A stretch of DNA of 64,000 nt from an uncultured Sneathiellales bacterium (lineage in GTDB: Bacteria > Pseudomonadota > Alphaproteobacteria > CAYFNG01), in contig CAYFNG010000004.1 of the NCBI GenBank assembly GCA_964344385.1, positions 7,523 through 71,522 on the forward strand, written 5' to 3'. How positions within the stretch are numbered: the stretch's first letter is position 1; every line of letters starts with the position of its first letter. Positions 51,015 through 60,160 of this stretch are shown here, piece after piece. A program made the position numbers and the translations under genes. The notes beneath the pieces are model-generated. The model saw nothing but the letters and a program-made list of their open reading frames with translations, was not told the origin of the DNA and searched no databases.

Positions 51015-51638
51015 TTACCCTTCGACTTCGGCGGGATTTGAGGCCTTGGCCACCCCGATCATCGAATCCCGGGACACCAGTTCGGCAAGCGCCTCCTCGC
51101 TCCAGCCTTCGGTGCCCTGCGGCCGCTCGGGCAGCACCAGATAGCGCAGCTCGGCGGTTGAATCCCAGACCCGGACCTCGACGTCATCGGCCAGTTCGAC
51201 GCCGAATTCCGCCAGCACGCCCCGCGGGTCGCGCACCGCCCGGGCCCGGTAGGGCGCGGCCTTGTACCAGACCGGCGGCAGCCCGAGCACCGGCCAGGGA
51301 TAGCAGGAACACAGGGTGCAGACGGTCAGATTGTGGACCTTGTCGGTGTTCTCGACCACCAGCATGTCCTCGCCCTGGCGGCCGGTAAAACCGAACTCAG
51401 CGATCGCTGCGGTGGCGTCTTCGAGCAGGCGGGCCTTGTAGTCGGGATCGACCCAGGCCCGTGCCACCACCTTGGCGCCGTTCTTCGGCCCGACCTTGTT
51501 CTCATAGGTATCGATCAATTCGTCCAGGGCGGCCGGATCGACCAGCCCTTTTTCGACCAGCAGCGATTCCAGCGCCTTGACCCTGAGGACCGTGTCCGGC
51601 AACGGTTCGGTGTGCCGGTGCGAATGGTTCTTGCCCAT
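51015..51638 (-). CDS. nthA: Nitrile hydratase alpha subunit, cobalt type
   Basis: Start [15 protein letters not shown] (ATG 51638, AGGAGAAACC upstream). Metal site [21 protein letters not shown], with Thr in CTLCSC indicating Co-type. Confidence 0.9.
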   Translation of the reverse strand: MGKNHSHRHTEPLPDTVLRVKALESLLVEKGLVDPAALDELIDTYENKVGPKNGAKVVARAWVDPDYKARLLEDATAAIAEFGFTGRQGEDMLVVENTDKVHNLTVCTLCSCYPWPVLGLPPVWYKAAPYRARAVRDPRGVLAEFGVELADDVEVRVWDSTAELRYLVLPERPQGTEGWSEEALAELVSRDSMIGVAKASNPAEVEG

Positions 51639-51810
51639 GGTTTCTCCTGATGGTGTTGTCGACAGGACTATAGCATTGCGGTTCGGAGCTGTGAAAGCGG
51701 CCCACCGGATTGTAAGAAATGAGTCTTTCCTGCAACAGCTTAGGCGCGATTTCCAAACTTTCGAATCGGAAACAGTTGACGGCGCGAATCGGGCATGATT
51801 CGATTCGCCC

Positions 51811-52125
51811 ATGGATCTGGGGTTTGAAATCCGTCGGCGCGCGAAGTTGGCCGTGGCTCCGGTGCTGTGCGCCGGGGTGATCGGCTATTTCGGGTACCAC
51901 GCCGTCGAAGGGCAACGCGGCCTGCTGGCCTGGGGCAAGCTGACCAAGCAGGTTGCCGAGGCGGAAGCCGAATTGGACGTGCTGCGCCGCGAACGGTTGG
52001 TGCTGGAGCGTCGGGTTTCGCTGCTGTCGCCGGACGGGCTCGACCTGGATCTCCTCGAGGAACGTGCCCGCCATGTCCTGGGCTATGCCCGGCCCGATGA
52101 GGTGATCATCTACGACAAGCCGTGA
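51811..52125 (+). CDS. ftsB: Septum formation initiator FtsB/DivIC-like protein
   Basis: One TM helix ([15 protein letters not shown]), QRGLLAW, then a coiled coil. Conserved position upstream of pdhA in Alphaproteobacteria. Confidence 0.7.
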   Translation: MDLGFEIRRRAKLAVAPVLCAGVIGYFGYHAVEGQRGLLAWGKLTKQVAEAEAELDVLRRERLVLERRVSLLSPDGLDLDLLEERARHVLGYARPDEVIIYDKP

Positions 52126-52338
52126 CGCACTGAATTAGCTGAAATTCGGTTAATTCCCTGTTTTCTGTTGTTTTTCAACAGGTTTTGCCACATTTTCATT
52201 CCCAGAAAACAGTGCGTCTGGGCCGAAGATCCTGATTTTTCGATCTTTTTTGTTTCCGTGACCGCGGACGAACCCTGAGCTACAGCATTCGTTCGCGTCC
52301 ATGATGCCCGTCCGACACCCATGAATAGGGGGAGCGCC

Positions 52339-53364
52339 ATGGCGACCAAGCCGAAACGCAAGCCGGCAGCGAATAAGACCACCGCCCGCAAATCCAAGTC
52401 AGCGTCGGTCAGTCCCGACGAATTGAAAACCTTTTACCGGGAGATGCTGCTGATCCGCCGCTTCGAGGAAAAGGCGGGCCAGATGTATGGCATGGGTCTG
52501 ATTGCCGGCTTCTGCCACCTGTATATCGGCCAAGAGGCGGTCGTGGTCGGCATGCAGTCGGCGATCCGCGCCGATGATGCGGTGATCACCACCTATCGCG
52601 ACCATGGCCACATGCTGGCCTGTGGCATGGACCCCAAGGGGGTGATGGCGGAACTGACGGGCCGGGCCGGCGGCTATTCCAAAGGCAAGGGCGGCTCGAT
52701 GCACATGTTCAGCCGCGAGAAGAACTTCTTCGGCGGCCACGGCATCGTCGGCGCCAACGTGCCGCTGGGAACCGGCCTGGCCTTCGCCCAGAAGTACCGC
52801 GGCACCGACAATGTCACCCTGGCCTATTTCGGCGACGGCGCCAGCAACCAGGGCCAGGTCTATGAGAGCTTCAACATGGCGGCGTTGTGGAGCCTGCCGG
52901 TGATCTTCGTGATCGAGAACAACCAGTACGCCATGGGGACCGCGGTCAAGCGCGCCTCGGCCCAGACCGAACTGCACCGCCGCGGCGACGGCTTCGCCAT
53001 CCCCGGCCATGCGGTCAACGGCATGGACGTTCTGGCCGTGCGCGAGGCCGGCGAGGCTGCGGTCGCCCAGTGCCGGGCCGGCAAGGGACCGGTGATCCTG
53101 GAGATGAAGACCTATCGCTATCGCGGCCATTCCATGTCGGACCCGGCCAAGTACCGCTCGCGCGAGGAGGTCAACAAGATGCGCCAGGAGCACGACCCGA
53201 TCGACCAGGTCCGCAACCGCTTGCTGGACAGCGGCCATGCCGACGAGGCCGAGCTCAAGGAAATCGACCGCGAGGTCAAGGCGGTGGTCTCGGAATCGGC
53301 CGAGTTCGCCCAGCAGAGCCCCGAGCCGGATCCCTCCGAGCTCTACACCGACGTCGTACTTTAG
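52339..53364 (+). CDS. pdhA: Pyruvate dehydrogenase E1 component alpha subunit
   Basis: RRFEEKAGQMYGMGLIAGFCHLYIGQEA...YRDHGH...GKGGSMH...GDGASNQGQVYESFNMAALWSLPVIFVIENNQYAMGT. Confidence 0.95.
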   Translation: MATKPKRKPAANKTTARKSKSASVSPDELKTFYREMLLIRRFEEKAGQMYGMGLIAGFCHLYIGQEAVVVGMQSAIRADDAVITTYRDHGHMLACGMDPKGVMAELTGRAGGYSKGKGGSMHMFSREKNFFGGHGIVGANVPLGTGLAFAQKYRGTDNVTLAYFGDGASNQGQVYESFNMAALWSLPVIFVIENNQYAMGTAVKRASAQTELHRRGDGFAIPGHAVNGMDVLAVREAGEAAVAQCRAGKGPVILEMKTYRYRGHSMSDPAKYRSREEVNKMRQEHDPIDQVRNRLLDSGHADEAELKEIDREVKAVVSESAEFAQQSPEPDPSELYTDVVL

Positions 53365-53376
53365 GGAGGCGGTAGC

Positions 53377-54753
53377 ATGGCCATACAGATTCTTATGCCG
53401 GCGCTGTCGCCGACCATGACCGAGGGCACCCTGGCCAAGTGGCTGAAAGCCGAAGGCGACACGGTGACCAGCGGCGATGTGATTGCCGAGATCGAGACCG
53501 ACAAGGCGACCATGGAACTGGAAGCCAGCGACGAAGGCGTCCTGGGCAAGATCCTGATCGCCGAAGGCAGCGAGGGGGTGGCGATCAACACCCCGATCGC
53601 GGTGCTGCTAGAAGAGGGCGAGGACGCGGCCGCGGCCGACAAAGTTGCCATCCCGGCGCCTGCACCCGAACCTGCTGCTGCACCCGAGCCAGCAGCTCCG
53701 TCTGCACCCGTGATTGCCGCGCCGGTGGCCGAAGTTCCGGCCGAGGCCGAGGTGCCGGCCGGCACGGCAATGGTCACCATGACCGTGCGCGAGGCCTTGC
53801 GCGATGCCATGGCCGAGGAGATGCGGGCCGATGACGATGTCTTCCTGATGGGCGAGGAGGTTGCCGAATACCAGGGCGCCTACAAGGTCAGCCAGGGCCT
53901 GCTGGACGAGTTCGGCTCGCGCCGGGTGATCGACACCCCGATCACCGAACAGGGTTTCGCCGGTATCGGCGTTGGCGCGGCCTATGCCGGGCTCAAGCCG
54001 ATCGTCGAATTCATGACCTTCAACTTCGCCATGCAGGCGATCGACCAGATCATCAACTCGGCGGCCAAGACGCTCTACATGTCGGGTGGCCAGATGACCA
54101 GCCAGATCGTCTTCCGTGGCCCCAACGGCGCCGCCTCGCGGGTCGGGGCCCAGCATTCCCAGTGCTACGGCGCCTGGTACGCCCATATCCCCGGCATGAA
54201 AGTGGTGGCGCCCTATTCGGCGGCCGATGCCAAGGGCTTGTTGAAATCGGCGATCCGCGACCCCAACCCGGTGGTCTTCCTGGAGAACGAGATCCTCTAC
54301 GGCCAGAGCTTCGAGGTGCCAGACCTGCCCGACTACACGGTGCCGATCGGCAAAGCACGGGTCGCCCGCACCGGCAGCGACGTCACCATCACCGCCTATT
54401 CCCGCTCCGTCGCTTACGCCCTGGCTGCGGCCGAGGCGCTGGCGGCCGAGGGGATCGAGGCCGAGGTCATCGACTTGAGGTCGCTCAGGCCCCTGGATGT
54501 GGCGACCATCGTCGCCTCGGTCCAGAAGACCAACCGCTGCGTCTCGGTCGAGGAGGGCTGGCAGGTCTGCGGTGTCGGGGCGGAAATCTCTGCCTCGATC
54601 ATGAGCGAGGCCTTCGACTATCTGGATGCGCCGGTGGCGCGGGTCTCGGGCGCCGATGTGCCGATGCCCTATGCCGCCAATCTGGAAGCCCTGGCCCTGC
54701 CGCAGCCCCAGGACGTGGTGGCCGCGGCCAAGGCCGTCTGTTACCGCGCCTGA
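53377..54753 (+). CDS. pdhB: Pyruvate dehydrogenase E1 component beta subunit with an N-terminal lipoyl domain
   Basis: N-terminal lipoyl domain [35 protein letters not shown] and an Ala/Pro linker. Then E1-beta: [21 protein letters not shown]...[20 protein letters not shown]. Confidence 0.95.
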   Translation: MAIQILMPALSPTMTEGTLAKWLKAEGDTVTSGDVIAEIETDKATMELEASDEGVLGKILIAEGSEGVAINTPIAVLLEEGEDAAAADKVAIPAPAPEPAAAPEPAAPSAPVIAAPVAEVPAEAEVPAGTAMVTMTVREALRDAMAEEMRADDDVFLMGEEVAEYQGAYKVSQGLLDEFGSRRVIDTPITEQGFAGIGVGAAYAGLKPIVEFMTFNFAMQAIDQIINSAAKTLYMSGGQMTSQIVFRGPNGAASRVGAQHSQCYGAWYAHIPGMKVVAPYSAADAKGLLKSAIRDPNPVVFLENEILYGQSFEVPDLPDYTVPIGKARVARTGSDVTITAYSRSVAYALAAAEALAAEGIEAEVIDLRSLRPLDVATIVASVQKTNRCVSVEEGWQVCGVGAEISASIMSEAFDYLDAPVARVSGADVPMPYAANLEALALPQPQDVVAAAKAVCYRA

Positions 54754-54768
54754 CGCCGGAGGAGCAAA

Positions 54769-56076
54769 ATGCCGATTACCGTAACCATGCCGGCGCTGTC
54801 ACCGACCATGACCGAGGGCACGCTGGCCAAATGGCTGAAGGCCGAGGGCGAGACGATCGCCGCCGGCGACGTCATCGCCGAGATCGAGACCGACAAGGCG
54901 ACCATGGAGCTGGAAGCCACCGACGAGGGGGTTTTGGGCAAAATCCTGGTGGCCGAGGGCAGCGAAGGCGTGGCGATCAACGCCGCCATTGCCGTGATCC
55001 TGGAGGAGGGAGAGGACAGCTCAGCCCTGGAAGGCTTCAGCGCTGACGCCGCACCGGCCGCGGCCGCACCGGCGGCACCTGCTGCTGCACCAATTCCCGA
55101 ACCGGCACCAGCCCCGACCCCGGCGGCGCCGGCTGCTGCTCCTGCTCCGGCCCCAGCCCCGGCCGTGGCATCGGCACCGGCCGGCGGCCGCCTGTTCGCC
55201 AGCCCGCTGGCCCGGCGGATCGCCGGCGCGGCGGGGCTGGACCTGGGCCTGATCAGTGGCTCGGGCCCGAAGGGGCGCATCGTCAAGGCCGATGTCGAGG
55301 CGGCGATCGCCGCCGGCACCGCCAAGCCGGCCGCAGCGGCCGTGGCGACGGCGGCACCCGGCCCCGCGCCGGCAGCGGCGGCCCCGGTCAGCGCCGACTA
55401 CAACGAGGTGCCGTTGAATTCGATGCGCAAGACCATCGCCCGGCGCCTGGTCGAGGCCAAGCAGACGATCCCGCATTTCTACCTGTCGATCGATATCGAG
55501 ATCGACAAGCTGTTGGCGGCTCGCAAACAGCTCAACGCCTCGCTGGATTGCGGCAAGATCTCGGTCAACGACTTCGTCATCCGGGCCACCGCCCAGGCCC
55601 TGAAACGCCATCCGGAAGTCAACGCCCAGTGGACCGACAGCGCGATCCTGCAGCACCACAAAGTCGACGTCTCGATGGCGGTGGCTATCGAGGGCGGGCT
55701 GATCACCCCGGTGATCCGCGACGCCGACGAGAAAGGCCTTGCGGCGATCGCGGCCGAGGCCAAGGAACTGGCCGGACGGGCCCGGGATGGCAAGCTGATG
55801 CCCGAGGACTATCAGGGCGGCACCTTCACCATTTCCAATCTCGGCATGTTCGGGGTCGATGAGTTCGTCGCGGTGATCAATCCGCCCCAGGCCGCCATCC
55901 TGGCGGTCGCCGCCGGCAGCCAGCGCCCGGTGGTCAAGGACGGCGCCCTGGCCATCGCCACGGTGATGACCTGCACCTTGAGCTGCGACCACCGCGTCTT
56001 CGGCGGCGCCGAGGGCGCCCAGTTCCTGCAGACCCTGAAAGGCCTGCTGGAAGACCCGATCACCATGCTGCTTTGA
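54769..56076 (+). CDS. pdhC: Dihydrolipoamide acetyltransferase (pyruvate dehydrogenase E2)
   Basis: Lipoyl domain [32 protein letters not shown]3-binding domain ASPLARRIAGAAGLDL. Catalytic domain ending CDHRVFGGAEGAQFL. Confidence 0.95.
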   Translation: MPITVTMPALSPTMTEGTLAKWLKAEGETIAAGDVIAEIETDKATMELEATDEGVLGKILVAEGSEGVAINAAIAVILEEGEDSSALEGFSADAAPAAAAPAAPAAAPIPEPAPAPTPAAPAAAPAPAPAPAVASAPAGGRLFASPLARRIAGAAGLDLGLISGSGPKGRIVKADVEAAIAAGTAKPAAAAVATAAPGPAPAAAAPVSADYNEVPLNSMRKTIARRLVEAKQTIPHFYLSIDIEIDKLLAARKQLNASLDCGKISVNDFVIRATAQALKRHPEVNAQWTDSAILQHHKVDVSMAVAIEGGLITPVIRDADEKGLAAIAAEAKELAGRARDGKLMPEDYQGGTFTISNLGMFGVDEFVAVINPPQAAILAVAAGSQRPVVKDGALAIATVMTCTLSCDHRVFGGAEGAQFLQTLKGLLEDPITMLL

Positions 56077-56086
56077 GGGAGCCACC

Positions 56087-57487
56087 ATGTCTGACACCCA
56101 ATTCGACGTCATCGTCGTCGGCGGCGGGCCGGGCGGCTACGTCACCGCAATCCGTGCCGCCCAGCTCGGCTTCAAGACCTGCCTGGTGGAGAAGAAGCAC
56201 CTGGGCGGCATCTGCCTCAACTGGGGCTGCATCCCGACCAAGGCGCTGCTGCGTTCGGCCGAGATCTACCACTACATGCAGCACGCCAAGGATTATGGCT
56301 TGAAGGTCGACGGCGTTGATTTCGACTTGGCGGCGGTGGTCAAGCGCTCCCGTGCCGTGTCGCGGCGCCTCAACGGTGGTGTCAATCACCTGCTGAAGAA
56401 GAACAAGGTGACGGTGGTCGACGGTGAGGCAAGGCTGAACGGGCCCGGTCGGGTCGAGGTTAGCAAGGACGGCGAGGCATTGCCCGGCCTGGCCGCCAAG
56501 CACATCATCCTGGCCACCGGTGCCCGGCCGCGCGTGCTGCCCGGGCTGGAGCCGGACGGCAAGCTGGTCTGGACCTATTTCGAGGCGCTGGTGCCCGAGG
56601 AAATGCCGAAATCATTGCTGGTGGTCGGTTCCGGCGCCATCGGCATCGAGTTCGCCAGTTTCTTCCATACCCTGGGCGCAGAGGTGACGGTGGTCGAGAT
56701 CCTGCCCCAGGTCCTGCCGGTCGAGGATGCCGAGATCGCCGGCATCGTCGCCAAGCAGATGAGCAAGCGCGGCCTCAAGCTGCTGACCGACACCAAGGTC
56801 GCCAAGCTGGAGAAGGGGGCTAACAGCGTCACCGCCACCTTGGAAGGCAAGGACGGCAAGACCGAGACCATCACCGTGGACCGGGTGATCTCGGCGGTCG
56901 GCGTGGTCGGCAATGTCGAGAATCTTGGGCTCGAGACCACCAAGGTGAAGACCGATCGCGGCTGCATCGTCACGGACGCCTATTCCCGCACCGACGAGCC
57001 GGGCATCTACGCCATCGGCGACGTCGCCGGACCGCCGATGCTGGCCCACAAGGCCGAGCATGAGGGCGTAGTCTGCATCGAGACCATTGCCGGGCTGAAG
57101 ACCCATCCGATCGACAATAGCCGCATCCCGGGCTGCACCTACTGCCATCCCCAAGTCGCCAGCGTCGGCCTCAGTGAGGCGGCGGCCAAGGAGGCGGGCC
57201 GCCAGGTCAAGGTCGGGCGTTTCCCCTTCATGGGCAACGGCAAGGCGATCGCACTGGGCGAGCCGGACGGGCTGGTCAAAACCGTGTTCGACGCCAAGAC
57301 CGGCGAACTGCTCGGCGCCCATATGGTCGGGGCCGAGGTCACCGAACTGATCCAGGGTTTCGTCGTGGCGATCGGGCTGGAGACCACGGAAGAGGAGCTG
57401 ATGCACACCGTCTTCCCGCATCCCACGTTGAGCGAGATGATGCACGAGTCGGTGCTTGACGCCTATAACCGGGCGATCCATGTCTAA
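56087..57487 (+). CDS. lpdA: Dihydrolipoyl dehydrogenase (E3)
   Basis: [23 protein letters not shown]. Redox-active [17 protein letters not shown]-terminal [10 protein letters not shown]. Confidence 0.95.
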   Translation: MSDTQFDVIVVGGGPGGYVTAIRAAQLGFKTCLVEKKHLGGICLNWGCIPTKALLRSAEIYHYMQHAKDYGLKVDGVDFDLAAVVKRSRAVSRRLNGGVNHLLKKNKVTVVDGEARLNGPGRVEVSKDGEALPGLAAKHIILATGARPRVLPGLEPDGKLVWTYFEALVPEEMPKSLLVVGSGAIGIEFASFFHTLGAEVTVVEILPQVLPVEDAEIAGIVAKQMSKRGLKLLTDTKVAKLEKGANSVTATLEGKDGKTETITVDRVISAVGVVGNVENLGLETTKVKTDRGCIVTDAYSRTDEPGIYAIGDVAGPPMLAHKAEHEGVVCIETIAGLKTHPIDNSRIPGCTYCHPQVASVGLSEAAAKEAGRQVKVGRFPFMGNGKAIALGEPDGLVKTVFDAKTGELLGAHMVGAEVTELIQGFVVAIGLETTEEELMHTVFPHPTLSEMMHESVLDAYNRAIHV

Positions 57488-58442
57488 TCTCATGCAGGAG
57501 AGCCGCCCGCGACATCCCGAAAAGGTCCGCAAGCCGGACAATCCGATCCAGCGCAAGCCGGCCTGGATCCGGGTCAAGGCGCCGACCTCGAAGGCCTATG
57601 CCGAGACCCGCAAGCTGGTCCGCGGCCTCAACCTGAACACGGTCTGCGAGGAGGCGGCCTGCCCCAATATCGGCGAATGTTGGAGCCACGGCCACGCCAC
57701 GGTGATGATCCTGGGTGAGATCTGCACCCGGGCCTGCGCTTTCTGCAACGTCGCCACCGGCCAGCCAGGCCCGGTCGACGCCGAGGAGCCGGACAATGTC
57801 GCCCGGGTGGCGGCGGGACTGGGCCTGAACCATATCGTCATCACCTCGGTCGACCGCGATGACCTGGCGGATGGCGGCGCCGGCCAGTTCATCGCCTGTA
57901 TCGAGCGGCTGCGGGCTGAAACCCCCGAGACCACGATTGAGATCCTGACGCCCGATTTCATGCGCAAGGACGGTGCCTTGGACGCCGTGGTGCGGGCCAA
58001 GCCGGATATTTTCAACCACAATCTCGAAACGGTGCCCAGGCTCTACCCGTCGATCCGCCCCGGCGCCCGCTACTTCCACTCGCTGCGGCTCTTGGACCGG
58101 GTCAAGGAGATGGATCCGGCCATGTTCACCAAGTCCGGCATCATGGTCGGCCTCGGCGAAAGCCGCGAGGAGGTGATGCAGGTGATGGACGACCTGCGCT
58201 CGGCGGATGTCGATTTCCTGACCATCGGCCAGTACCTTCAGCCGACCCCGAAACACGCGGCGATCGACCGCTTCGTGACCCCGGACGAGTTCAAGGCGCT
58301 GGAGAAGGCGGCCTATGGCAAGGGCTTCCTGATGGTCTCGGCCTCGCCCCTGACCCGCTCCTCCTACCTGGCCGGCGACGATTTCGACAAACTGCGGGAG
58401 GCACGCCGGCAACGCTTGGCCCAGGCGCAGGATCGCGTATAG
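57480..58442 (+). CDS. lipA: Lipoyl synthase
   Basis: Start [15 protein letters not shown] (ATG 57480 overlaps the lpdA stop). [12 protein letters not shown] and radical-SAM [10 protein letters not shown] cysteine clusters. Confidence 0.95.
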   Translation: MSNLMQESRPRHPEKVRKPDNPIQRKPAWIRVKAPTSKAYAETRKLVRGLNLNTVCEEAACPNIGECWSHGHATVMILGEICTRACAFCNVATGQPGPVDAEEPDNVARVAAGLGLNHIVITSVDRDDLADGGAGQFIACIERLRAETPETTIEILTPDFMRKDGALDAVVRAKPDIFNHNLETVPRLYPSIRPGARYFHSLRLLDRVKEMDPAMFTKSGIMVGLGESREEVMQVMDDLRSADVDFLTIGQYLQPTPKHAAIDRFVTPDEFKALEKAAYGKGFLMVSASPLTRSSYLAGDDFDKLREARRQRLAQAQDRV

Positions 58443-58475
58443 TGCCGCCGGTCTGGGAGACAGACTCAATAGTTT

Positions 58476-58556
58476 CTGTTCCGTCCCGCTCCCCCGCCCA
58501 ACCACCCACCAGGGTACCGTTATCGGGTGGTTGGGCGGGGGAGCGGGACGGAACAG
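58476..58556. repeat. 32-bp perfect inverted repeat (17-nt spacer) immediately downstream of lipA
   Basis: Left arm 58476-58507 ctgttccgtcccgctcccccgcccaaccaccc. Right arm 58525-58556 gggtggttgggcgggggagcgggacggaacag is its exact reverse complement. The first 21 nt of the arm recur with one mismatch at 41580-41600. Confidence 0.85.
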
Positions 58557-58560
58557 CACT

Positions 58561-58589
58561 CCGACAAAGCGCGGTGCGCGCTTTGTCGG
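58561..58589. repeat. Second perfect hairpin (13-bp stem, 3-nt loop)
   Basis: ccgacaaagcgcg-gtg-cgcgctttgtcgg, directly following the 32-bp inverted repeat. No U-tract. Confidence 0.6.
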
Positions 58590-58630
58590 TCAGATACTGA
58601 AACCATTCGTACCGGGTAATCCGTCCGCCC

Positions 58631-59077
58631 ATGCCGACCCACGCCGAACGCCGCGTCCTGCCCTATGCGCCCGAGCAATTGTTCGACCTGGTCGCCGGGG
58701 TCGAGAAGTATCCCGAATTCCTGCCCTGGTGTACCGGGGTGAGGGTGCGCAAGCGCGAACCCGATTTTTTCGTTGCCGACATGGTGATCGGCTACAAGAT
58801 GTTCCGCGAACGCTTTACCTCCCGGGTCGATCTCGACCGGCCGGGCCGCATCGACGTCGCCTATTCCGAAGGTCCGTTCAAGTACCTGAACAATCACTGG
58901 CTGTTCCTGCCGCATCCGGAGGGCTGCGAGATCGACTTCTACGTCGACTTCGAGTTCCATTCGCGGCTGTTGCAGCGGATGATCGAGGTGCTGTTTAACG
59001 AGGCGGTGCGCCGCATGGTCGGCGCCTTCGAGGCCCGCGCCCACGACCTCTACGACCCGAAAACGCCAAGGGATTGA
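58631..59077 (+). CDS. SRPBCC/START-fold protein, COQ10/RatA-like (paralogue 2, conserved position after lipA)
   Basis: MPTHAERRVLPYAPEQLFDLVAGVEKYPEFLPWC...MVIGYKMFRERFTSRV...NHWLF. This is the polyketide-cyclase/RatA-like family as I recall it. Confidence 0.8.
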   Translation: MPTHAERRVLPYAPEQLFDLVAGVEKYPEFLPWCTGVRVRKREPDFFVADMVIGYKMFRERFTSRVDLDRPGRIDVAYSEGPFKYLNNHWLFLPHPEGCEIDFYVDFEFHSRLLQRMIEVLFNEAVRRMVGAFEARAHDLYDPKTPRD

Positions 59078-59121
59078 ACGACCATCGAGGCGTGATACCT
59101 TGCGCACGGAGTGCATTGGCC

Positions 59122-59724
59122 ATGAGGCAGGAAATGCCTGAGATTGCCCGTTTGAAGATCGTACTTGACGGGTTGGAGCCGCCAATCGTCCGGGAGGTGG
59201 CGGCACCAACCGGCGTTTCACTCGACGATCTCCACCTGGTTATTCAGGCTGCCATGGGATGGGAGAACTATCACCTCTACCAATTCCAGGTCGGCCGAAC
59301 CGTCACCTACGGCATCCCGGACCCGGATTGGCCGGAACATGAAATCGTCTCGTCAAAATCAACAAAGCTGACCGATCTCCTCGCCCAGCTAGGGCGCAAG
59401 AAGTCTTTCACCTACCACTATGATTTCGGGGACGATTGGATGCACACCATCACCGTCAAAGGGTTGGAAGAACCCGAATCGGGTGCAGCCTATCCCCGGC
59501 TATTGAGCGCAAGAGGCGCCTGCCCACCCGAGGATTGCGGCGGCCCTTGGGGTTATGCCGATCTCGTGGAGGCGATCGACGATCCCGATCATGAGATGCA
59601 TGACGACATGGTCGAGTGGTACGGCGAGGAGATCGATATCGAATTCGTCGATGAAGACCGAATTCGCGATGACCTCGCCAAGCTGGCCAAGCTGAGTCGA
59701 TTCAAGCGCCAGGTTTCTCGATGA
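59122..59724 (+). CDS. pRiA4b ORF-3-like (PF07929-type) protein
   Basis: LKIVLDGLEPPIVREVAAPTGVSLDDLHLVIQAAMGWENYHLYQF...YHYDFGDDWMHTITV...CPPEDCGGPWGY. These are the family's hallmark blocks as I recall them. Start at ATG 59122. Confidence 0.75.
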   Translation: MRQEMPEIARLKIVLDGLEPPIVREVAAPTGVSLDDLHLVIQAAMGWENYHLYQFQVGRTVTYGIPDPDWPEHEIVSSKSTKLTDLLAQLGRKKSFTYHYDFGDDWMHTITVKGLEEPESGAAYPRLLSARGACPPEDCGGPWGYADLVEAIDDPDHEMHDDMVEWYGEEIDIEFVDEDRIRDDLAKLAKLSRFKRQVSR

Positions 59725-60157
59725 ACTCCATGGTGACTCCGTCCCAGTCGCGCAGGTAAGCGATGCGGCCGCCCTTGTTGGGGCCGGCATTGACGGTGAT
59801 CACCTTGCCGACCGGCGCGACGCCATAATCGGCGACCGCGGCCATCACGGCGCCCAGATCGTCGACGTCGAAGGCGATATGGGCGAAGCCGGTGTCGCAG
59901 GAACGGGGCCGGACATGGTCGCGGTCCTCCGGTCCCAGATATTCGATCAGCTCCAGGCTATGCCCCGGCCCGCGCACATAGGCCACCATGATGTCGGCCC
60001 CCGGCACCCCGGTCACCCTCTCGATCGCCGAAGGATCGCGCGGTGCCATCGAGGTCACCTCGAAACCGAGGCAGTCGCGAAAGAAGGCCACGCTGCGTTC
60101 CAGGTCGGAAACCGTGAAGCTGGTGTGGTTGGTGGCGAGGACGGTGAAGGCGGGCAT
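59702..60157 (-). CDS. VOC-family (glyoxalase/dioxygenase-fold) protein
   Basis: HTSFTVSDLERSVAFFRDCLGFEV...GFAHIAFDVDDL...YLRDWDGVTMEFIE. Confidence 0.8.
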   Translation of the reverse strand: MPAFTVLATNHTSFTVSDLERSVAFFRDCLGFEVTSMAPRDPSAIERVTGVPGADIMVAYVRGPGHSLELIEYLGPEDRDHVRPRSCDTGFAHIAFDVDDLGAVMAAVADYGVAPVGKVITVNAGPNKGGRIAYLRDWDGVTMEFIEKPGA

Positions 60158-60160
60158 GGG

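Noticed and set aside
53640-53760. Repetitive GCx/CCx-rich DNA (also at 55030-55200) that looks like a tandem repeat
   Set aside because: It encodes the Ala/Pro-rich flexible linkers of PdhB and PdhC. This is expected low-complexity coding sequence and not a repeat element or CRISPR array.
57339-58559. 406-aa minus-strand ORF
   Set aside because: It is antisense to lipA and extends into the inverted-repeat region. No motifs are present.
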